IMG/VR virus record: IMGVR_UViG_3300023110_002336
Location: 26,622-90,621 of that record
Source: a virus
Strand: one strand, 5' to 3'
Length of the DNA: 64,000 nt
A model generated the notes under the pieces. The model ran no database searches and was not told the origin of the DNA. It saw only the letters and a list, made by a program, of their open reading frames with translations. Numbering within the stretch: the first letter of the stretch is position 1; every line of letters starts with the position of its first letter. The position numbers and the translations under genes were made by a program. Below are positions 57,545-64,000 of the stretch, piece after piece.

Positions 57545-57756
57545 AAAACCTTGTATTGACCATTGTTTTTTTTAGTAAACCACCTTTCTTCGGCATTGTC
57601 AAAGCACAATACTTTCATGAATTTAGTTTTATGATCAACGTCTATAACTAGTGCCAATAACTTACGAGGATAGTCTTTGCAGTTGTAGTAAATCCAATCT
57701 CCCTCTTTGGCTTGCGGAAACTGGGCTGACCAAGGGTCGTCTTTTGGGTCTGTCAT
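57541..57756 (-). CDS. Small KOW/SH3-like protein
   Basis: KEGDWIY...ALVIDV...MKVL. Confidence 0.6.
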   Translation of the reverse strand: MTDPKDDPWSAQFPQAKEGDWIYYNCKDYPRKLLALVIDVDHKTKFMKVLCFDNAEERWFTKKNNGQYKVL

Positions 57757-57762
57757 GTAGAT

Positions 57763-57791
57763 AATATAACGCTAGAGCTTGATCCTGTCAA
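57763..57791 (-). promoter_or_regulatory. Sigma70-type promoter (possibly leaderless transcript)
   Basis: TTGACA-N17-TATATT; ATG 6 nt after the -10. Confidence 0.65.
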
Positions 57792-59649
57792 TGATGTAGG
57801 GGTGTTCTAGTGACAAGTCCTTGTAAAGCTTCTTCATGATTTTCTTGACGACATCGGCAACTTGCTCTTTGGTGTCCTTCGCCTTTAGCTGCTTCTGGAC
57901 CTCTTTCTCAATCATCTTCTTGATTTCTGACTTGTCCTCGGAGGATAGTTTCTCAACGATCAACTTAACACGACGAGCGCGATGCTCCGTGAAGTAGTCC
58001 TTGGAAGCAGTAGCCTGCGGGTCGAAGCGACCGAGAATGTAATCGACTGCCTTTTGCTTTGAGAAATCATCAGAGAGGTAAAGCATAATGGAGTCGTAAA
58101 GGTTGTTGAACTTACCAGTAGGCATCTGGATTACGTTGTTCATAACCCACCAAGTGGCCAAATCAGAGTATTTTGGATCTTGATAAGGTTTCATTTCCTT
58201 TGGCTTGGGAGCAGGCTTTGGTCCTCTTGGTTTCTTTGGACCTTTTACCTTTGGCTCTTTGGGTGGAGTTGGGAAATAGTCAAACATTGCACCCTTCTTG
58301 CCGCGAGAGGTAATAGAACGAACGCCTTGTCCCTTCTCAAGAACATAACGACCAGCTTCTTCAAAGCCTTGTCCGTCAATAGTCGAAAGAATTGTTCCAA
58401 GCCAGTCTTGCTCTTCAAGTTGCTTGAGGGTTGCTAGATCGTCCTTGATTGTAGCAACGTTTGTGATAGCATCTCTAATCTGGTTGTAAGCAAACTGAGT
58501 TGTAACACCCAAGCCAGCCTCGCCAGTCTGCTTAATCTGAGAAGCAACCCAGATAAGAGCCTGCAACTCGTGTGGTAGAAGACCTAGCTTCTTTGCTTCG
58601 GAAGCAACGAGACGAGCCATATAGCGATAGGAAACGACGTTACCCATCATCTTACCCTTGATAGTCTCCCACTCTTTCGATGTGGACGCCTTTCTCAAAG
58701 AGGGGTAAAAAGCATCAATCATCCAAGTGTCGATTGTAGAGTTCCACTCGTACATATCGTCATAAGACATCTCACCACCTTCGCTACGCTTACCTGCGAG
58801 TTCAGGTGCAATTAGATTGAGAGTGAAGTTGGGAACCTTGTGTGCGTTTGTGAAGCCTCTGGATTCACCGGGGGCTCTTTTCTCTGCACCGGGGAAAGTC
58901 TCAAGGTATTCTTTTAGTTCCGGACCCTTGCCATCAGCAACATCCTTCTGGATAGCCTTGAACATAAAGACGGCTTCAGCAAGATTGAGAGCAAACTTTG
59001 CTCTTGGAGAGTAAGTTGCAATTAGAAGACCAAGTAGGGTTGCATCTTTGTCGTTCCCTGTCTCTTTATCAAGGAGACCACGGATGTTATGATACCAATC
59101 CCTCGCTTCTTCAAAAAGACCATCGACCTCTTTGGTGTCTTCAACAAGCTGTCTAAATGATTCGAGAACCTCGTCAGGAACAGGAATAACGATGTCTGCC
59201 TCTTCAAAGTCTCCAGCAGACATAGTACCGAGACCTTTCTCAAGACCTCTAACTGCTTTTGGACCTCTCTTGGCTACATCGCCTTCTGAGCCATAGTATT
59301 GACGACGAAGAGCCAACTGCTCGGGAGTAGCAGCACGTAACTGCGCTACGGTAATACCAAGCGCCTCTGCTTCTGCCTTTTCCTCTTCTGTTGCGTCATC
59401 GACCTCTTCGGCAACCATACGCATTTCTGGCTCTGCGAAAGAGCCGTCTAGCTGAGGAATTTCACCTTCTGCTCCAAGAACCTTCTTAGCAGTTCCAACG
59501 ATCTTGGCGATTGAATCGTTTACTTGATCTAATTCTGATGCGGTAAAAGTGTAGTCTTTAGACCCGCTCTTCTTTTGAGAGCCGGGAAAAGGAATTACTT
59601 GAGCATCTTCAGTTACATACTTTCGCCAGTTTTCAAATAAAAGCTTCAT
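57772..59649 (-). CDS. Leader-bearing protein with putative helical DNA-glycosylase-like domain
   Basis: MKLLFENWRKYVTE leader; ARDWY, ATYSP..N...A, KVPNF, TIDTWM, ELQALIW. Confidence 0.45.
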   Translation of the reverse strand: MKLLFENWRKYVTEDAQVIPFPGSQKKSGSKDYTFTASELDQVNDSIAKIVGTAKKVLGAEGEIPQLDGSFAEPEMRMVAEEVDDATEEEKAEAEALGITVAQLRAATPEQLALRRQYYGSEGDVAKRGPKAVRGLEKGLGTMSAGDFEEADIVIPVPDEVLESFRQLVEDTKEVDGLFEEARDWYHNIRGLLDKETGNDKDATLLGLLIATYSPRAKFALNLAEAVFMFKAIQKDVADGKGPELKEYLETFPGAEKRAPGESRGFTNAHKVPNFTLNLIAPELAGKRSEGGEMSYDDMYEWNSTIDTWMIDAFYPSLRKASTSKEWETIKGKMMGNVVSYRYMARLVASEAKKLGLLPHELQALIWVASQIKQTGEAGLGVTTQFAYNQIRDAITNVATIKDDLATLKQLEEQDWLGTILSTIDGQGFEEAGRYVLEKGQGVRSITSRGKKGAMFDYFPTPPKEPKVKGPKKPRGPKPAPKPKEMKPYQDPKYSDLATWWVMNNVIQMPTGKFNNLYDSIMLYLSDDFSKQKAVDYILGRFDPQATASKDYFTEHRARRVKLIVEKLSSEDKSEIKKMIEKEVQKQLKAKDTKEQVADVVKKIMKKLYKDLSLEHPYIIDRIKL

Positions 59650-59885
59650 CGCTTACACTCGCCCTCTTTGGTGCTCTTGATTGCATCATCACCAATGTCG
59701 TGCTTCTTCTTGATCTTTCTCTCGGCAACACCACCAGCATCAGCGTAAACACGCTCGTGGTGCATCTCGCCGTCTTTCTCGAAGCCAACACACCAAGCCT
59801 TCTCAACGCCCTCTAGGACATTCTCAAGCTCTTCCTTGATAATCTGCTTTAGTCTTGCTCTAGTAATCGTCATAGTAGTAATCAT
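59646..59885 (-). CDS. Small protein with RLKQIIKEEL leader
   Basis: MTITRARLKQIIKEELENVLE. Confidence 0.65.
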   Translation of the reverse strand: MITTMTITRARLKQIIKEELENVLEGVEKAWCVGFEKDGEMHHERVYADAGGVAERKIKKKHDIGDDAIKSTKEGECKR

Positions 59886-60420
59886 CCTCTTCGTAACTAA
59901 GTAGATCGGTCGCTAACTGAATGTCTGTTGCTTTGGGTGCGAGAGTCCAAGCACGACCATCTGGATACGCACCATAAATAGCATCGTAGGGAGTTCCTTC
60001 CAACTCGTAATCGGTGAAGAACTCAACCTCTTTTGGAACTTGGTTCATCGGAATGCGGACTAGCAGCAGGTTCTCGTTGATGCCCTTTTCTTTGTCTTCA
60101 TCAGAAAAGTCACCAACAATTGCTTCCAACTCTTGCGTGTCGGACATCATAGCAGCCTTAGCGTCATCGCCAGAACCAAAAAAATAAATCCTATGCTCTG
60201 GGTTGCCATCAGAATTTAGATAGGGCTGTGAGTCATCTGCGGACCTATCACGGGACCTTATGACCTTAGTTCCCTTCCGGAAGCGTTCGTAGTTGTCGCC
60301 CTTGTCTCCATAGCGCTTGGAGATGCGGTAAAGGTCTCTGCCTACATCGTCAATAGTTCCGATGTATTCGCCTTGTTCTTCGGTCAAGAACTTGCGCCAG
60401 TTTTCAATAATCAGTTCCAT
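59860..60420 (-). CDS. Leader-bearing protein, possible ADP-ribosyltransferase fold
   Basis: MELIIENWRKFLTE leader; LYRIS...IYFF..LLVRI..DYE. Confidence 0.4.
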   Translation of the reverse strand: MELIIENWRKFLTEEQGEYIGTIDDVGRDLYRISKRYGDKGDNYERFRKGTKVIRSRDRSADDSQPYLNSDGNPEHRIYFFGSGDDAKAAMMSDTQELEAIVGDFSDEDKEKGINENLLLVRIPMNQVPKEVEFFTDYELEGTPYDAIYGAYPDGRAWTLAPKATDIQLATDLLSYEEDDYYYDDY

Positions 60421-61130
60421 CTCTTTTCTCCAGTCATATCTGAGAACACAGAAGCATCGAGAACCTTTAGAGTGTGGTCTTTCATATCTACGCCAACATT
60501 ACCTTCAGCAATATCACCACCCTCTACGCCATATCTCTTCATAGCCTTTGATAGTTGTCTAAACCAAGGCTCGTTGGCCAAACCAAATTCTTGGATCTGT
60601 CGGAATATGCTTGTAGTCTGATTATCTGCATAATTCAAAGGACGAGCAGCAACAGTTATGAAGCGAAGGATCTCGAAAGGCTCTATATCGTCTTCTACAA
60701 AGTTCGCTTGTTCCGAGAGCAACTTAACAACAAATTCATAAAGCTTGGGCATAGTAGCAACAAAGGCTTCCTCAAGCATCTCTCTGTTTCTAACTGAGAT
60801 GGGAGTAACCCTATCAGCCACAATCCAGTGATAGTCGGGCGAGTGTGCATAAACCCTAGGGAACACATCGGGGTATTCATCACCAAGTATCTTCTCGATC
60901 TTGTTCATAAAAGAGTCTGATTCGCCATAGCGAATAATTTTTACAACATAGTCCGGGTCTTCATCAGGGATGATAGTAGTTCTAAACGAACCAGAGCCAC
61001 CAAAGCCGCCTTTTCCGTGTTGGTCTTGGATGAACTTAGTTGGATTGGAATAAAGATCCTCAATCCAAGGAAAGTAGGTGCTTTGATCTTCGGTGAGGAA
61101 TCGCTTCCAGTTTTCAATAATAAGTTTCAT
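60411..61130 (-). CDS. Leader-bearing atypical kinase-fold protein
   Basis: Probable start MKLIIENWKRFLTE at 61130; GSGSFR, VVKI, NKIE, DIAEGNVG, VLD. Confidence 0.7.
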   Translation of the reverse strand: MKLIIENWKRFLTEDQSTYFPWIEDLYSNPTKFIQDQHGKGGFGGSGSFRTTIIPDEDPDYVVKIIRYGESDSFMNKIEKILGDEYPDVFPRVYAHSPDYHWIVADRVTPISVRNREMLEEAFVATMPKLYEFVVKLLSEQANFVEDDIEPFEILRFITVAARPLNYADNQTTSIFRQIQEFGLANEPWFRQLSKAMKRYGVEGGDIAEGNVGVDMKDHTLKVLDASVFSDMTGEKRWN

Positions 61131-61645
61131 TATTCTAAATTGTGTCCATTGGGTGCATAAGGATTGTAAAATAAGTAGCCCAATCCATTTGATTCCCATG
61201 TAACAGAATCAGTGCTCCATTCGAGAGTCAAAGTGCCGGGCCCTGTATTATTACCAACTACAACAGCAAAAGGATATAGAATTCCATTTGTCAGGCTTAT
61301 ATTGTTGCTTGTTCTGGTTTGGGTACCATGCAACCCACCATTATCTACAACAGCGTTGTCAGTATCGAGCGCAGTATCTACCGCTGTAGAGTTAGAACCA
61401 ATCCAAACATAAGAAGCATCGTCAGAGTTAGTGCGAAACTGCCAAGTTGTGGACGTAGTATCAGCACGAAAGTAACCCCTGAACAGCCAAGTGTCTGTTT
61501 CGCCAACATCATAGGAACTAAGCTGAGTGCTAACATCACTATTTGTAGGAGTAGTCAAATTGCCCATGTTGTCAGCAAAGTAGGTATTGAAATATCTACC
61601 AAAAAGGCCAGCTTGTAGTCTTCTTTTTTTAAGGATGATTGCCAC
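61130..61645 (-). CDS. PA14/GLEYA-like carbohydrate-binding protein
   Basis: GYFRA...FRTNSDDASYVWIG...VVDNGGLHG. Confidence 0.75.
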   Translation of the reverse strand: MAIILKKRRLQAGLFGRYFNTYFADNMGNLTTPTNSDVSTQLSSYDVGETDTWLFRGYFRADTTSTTWQFRTNSDDASYVWIGSNSTAVDTALDTDNAVVDNGGLHGTQTRTSNNISLTNGILYPFAVVVGNNTGPGTLTLEWSTDSVTWESNGLGYLFYNPYAPNGHNLE

Positions 61646-62487
61646 TAGATGTTTCTCCTGAAGTACAGGGATGCTCGCAAACCTTGTGCGTCAGCAGGCG
61701 TGGCTGTGATAGCAAACGTAATTACATCACCTGTATCACAGGAAGCGTTGGAAACGGTTGTTGTACTACCACCAAGACTCGTGCCAGCCAAAGAAAGTGT
61801 AATCATCGTGTTTGCGTCAGTTGTGTTGGTTACTGTAACGGTAACATCGCCACTTGTTGTATGCTGGTCTAGTCCCAATCCAAGTGCCGTAACTGTGAGA
61901 CCATAAGGACAGTTGAATCTAAAAGCATTGGTATCGGTCTGAAGATCAACGCCGGGTATACTCAATTCAGCCATGATAATGTCTTCAAATGAGAATGAGC
62001 CACTTACTGTAGCATTTTCCTGCACAACCGCAGAACTAGAAACAAATAACCCACCACCAACATCAAGTGTGTCAGTTGGAGATTCTTCAAAAATTCCTAT
62101 TCTAGATGTAGCGCCTTTTGCACGAAGGACATTTGTTGAGCCGACTCTTAGAGCTAAGTCATTAGAAGGATCTGCTTGTTGTACAAACAACACCTCAGCA
62201 GAGTTGAAATAAATTCCGCCAATGTCGTTACCATTATTTTCAAAAACAATTTCTCTGAAATCATCATCAGTTTTGGAGATTCTTATCACCTCTGTACCGC
62301 TTGGGTTTTGGAAATCAGCAGTTCCAGTTACATGCATACCCGCATTTGTGATAGCAACCCTTTGAGTATCTCCAGTTACAAATTTTATTTGATTATCCTC
62401 AAAATCTATTTTAGTGTCTCTCTCAGCATCATCGGCAGCAGTAAGGTCACCGATTACTTGCCCCCCTCTTGAATAATTGTAAGCCAT
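61645..62487 (-). CDS. Fiber/decoration-like virion protein
   Basis: Thr/Gly-rich beta repeats; RIGIFEESPTDTLDVGG fiber-like motif. Confidence 0.55.
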   Translation of the reverse strand: MAYNYSRGGQVIGDLTAADDAERDTKIDFEDNQIKFVTGDTQRVAITNAGMHVTGTADFQNPSGTEVIRISKTDDDFREIVFENNGNDIGGIYFNSAEVLFVQQADPSNDLALRVGSTNVLRAKGATSRIGIFEESPTDTLDVGGGLFVSSSAVVQENATVSGSFSFEDIIMAELSIPGVDLQTDTNAFRFNCPYGLTVTALGLGLDQHTTSGDVTVTVTNTTDANTMITLSLAGTSLGGSTTTVSNASCDTGDVITFAITATPADAQGLRASLYFRRNI

Positions 62488-62609
62488 AATATAATCTCCT
62501 TCAGAGTAATTAGTTTCTTTTATGGGTCTCGGAGCGAAAAACCGCCATTTTTTCTCGCGCTAAAAGTTTCCGCACTCAACACACGAAAACCCGCATAACC
62601 ACCGCACTC

Positions 62610-62933
62610 TCAACGAGAGTAGTGGATTGACCCGCGCAATTCCTTCGCGTTACAACGCAAATCTTCAACGTGTGTGTCTACACTCCATACGTCACCAGCA
62701 TTGATAATGCCGTCCTCCCATTGTAGGGGAACTTCCCAGCGGTCTTCCGCAGTTCTAATCACAAGCGAAACGTCCGAAGGATTCATTTCCGTGTAGTAGA
62801 AGGCTTTAACTCGTGCTCCGCTCCGTGTATCTTCACACACCCATTGCTCGTCACGATTGTTTTCAAAAGTTTTTGTGGTCCAGAACAGGGCGCAGCCTGT
62901 CAAAAAAACGGGGATTATCAGTAGTTTGTTCAT
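62610..62933 (-). CDS. Putative lipoprotein
   Basis: MNKLLIIPVFLTGC lipobox. Confidence 0.6.
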   Translation of the reverse strand: MNKLLIIPVFLTGCALFWTTKTFENNRDEQWVCEDTRSGARVKAFYYTEMNPSDVSLVIRTAEDRWEVPLQWEDGIINAGDVWSVDTHVEDLRCNAKELRGSIHYSR

Positions 62934-62963
62934 AAATCACCCTCCTTATGCGAGGGTAATTAG

Positions 62964-63278
62964 TCAATCCTGTTCGTTATAGACGAAATCGCCTCCAAGG
63001 TCGTCCGAGTAGCAGTCCAATTCCATCAGGTTTGCTTCCGCACGCCATAGACCATCTCCATAATCATAAAGTTCTAGTTCGTGAAACTGATCGTTGTCGT
63101 AAATCATGAACTGAATAGACGACCAATCTTCAGAGGTGGTTGCTTCCGCAACGACAAAAGCCGAAAACTGCGTCTCTACATGTTCACAGGACCACCAGTC
63201 TCCTTCAGGACTGGTAGAATCCCCCATAGGCGAGCTACAAGCCCCCATGAAGGCAAATAAAAAAACTTTCGGTATCAT
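62964..63278 (-). CDS. Putative lipoprotein
   Basis: MIPKVFLFAFMGAC lipobox; SD GGAG. Confidence 0.6.
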   Translation of the reverse strand: MIPKVFLFAFMGACSSPMGDSTSPEGDWWSCEHVETQFSAFVVAEATTSEDWSSIQFMIYDNDQFHELELYDYGDGLWRAEANLMELDCYSDDLGGDFVYNEQD

Positions 63279-63323
63279 GTGTGCTCCATAAATGTAGGAT
63301 GCATTACGGGGCATCCTATCCCT

Positions 63324-63352
63324 ATTATAACACGCGCGTGCGCGGGGCGCAA
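63324..63352 (-). promoter_or_regulatory. Sigma70-type promoter
   Basis: TTGCGC-N17-TATAAT with extended TG. Confidence 0.55.
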
Positions 63353-63384
63353 CAAAAAACCCAGCCCCGTGGTGGGAGGCTGGG
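63351..63384 (-). terminator. Intrinsic terminator
   Basis: CCCAGCC...GGCTGGG stem followed by TTTTTTGTT. Confidence 0.8.
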
Positions 63385-63425
63385 AATCTTTGTGTTCTCG
63401 ACCTATGGGTGTTGAACTATCTTTA

Positions 63426-63713
63426 TCAAACGTCTAGTGCGTCTACGACAGAACGAGCAGCATGGGTGCCCTCGAACTTGGAGCCCTTTAGGGCATCGCG
63501 AGCATCGGCAGTAACCTTTCCTCTTGCTAGTCCGCCTCTATCGTCAAGGATGCCTTTTCCTTTTAGGAACTTTTTAACATCCTCGCGGGAAGCTTCTACT
63601 TCTTTAGAGGGCTTGTCTGCACTGATTGTGCCTGTCTTCGCATCTACTTTCTCGTTCATCAAGGCTAGTTCTTCCTTGATGATCTGCTTTAGTCTTTCTT
63701 TTGTTAGTTTCAT
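63426..63713 (-). CDS. Small protein with RLKQIIKEEL leader
   Basis: MKLTKERLKQIIKEELALMNE. Confidence 0.7.
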   Translation of the reverse strand: MKLTKERLKQIIKEELALMNEKVDAKTGTISADKPSKEVEASREDVKKFLKGKGILDDRGGLARGKVTADARDALKGSKFEGTHAARSVVDALDV

Positions 63714-64000
63714 GTTAGTCTCCTGCCTTATTGGCTACGATGTAAATAGTTTTTGTTTTGTTCTCGGTCACAAATCTGGGAAATTTTTTGGCGGTGTTTT
63801 TTGCATAACCCGTTTTGTGGGGGTGTGCAAGCGAATTCTGGAAATTTTGGCGCGGTATTGTGAATGTACCTGCGCCGCCACGGCGATAACCCGCCTTCAT
63901 AGGGACATACCCTCCGGGGGGGGAGGGGGGAGGGGGGTACCCCCAACGCAAACTAACGATCCCACAAACAAACGCACGCAACGGAACGCCCGCCAGTGCG

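Noticed and set aside
60411-61199. Track start at 61199 for the kinase-like gene
   Set aside because: It overlaps the PA14 gene; the leader motif and TAATG coupling support a start at 61130.
63715-63981. Two overlapping minus-strand ORFs (88 and 72 aa)
   Set aside because: They are low-complexity translations of the poly-G/T-tract region, with no SD or motif.

Overview
This 64-kb window looks like part of a large tailed dsDNA phage (myovirus-like, genetic code 11), and every credible gene is on the minus strand. Left to right: (i) a baseplate/tail module (1-21927), including a >3,240-aa virion ORF (9725 to <1) that the ORF track missed; (ii) a gp55-like sigma factor; (iii) a ~14.5-kb nucleotide-sugar/glycosyltransferase cluster; (iv) a Cas4-like nuclease, zincin, fatty-acid hydroxylase and PIN-PhoH; (v) a compact unit of sigma70 promoter, HNH, three tandem RNA pseudoknots, tRNA-Thr and a SpoU methylase; (vi) a 46-64 kb accessory region. 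In region (vi), unrelated enzymes (two kinase-like, two ADP-ribosyltransferase-like, a nucleotidyltransferase, a PD-(D/E)xK nuclease, a glycosylase-like protein) share a 12-15-aa N-terminal leader (MKLxxENWRxF/YxxE). The leader resembles the T4 capsid-targeting/prohead-protease signal, suggesting a modular virion-packaged effector system. These genes are interleaved with about ten small KOW/SH3-like proteins. Two promoter classes are visible: sigma70 consensus and a recurrent CTANTTA motif. All assignments come from motif reading by eye; no database searches were run.
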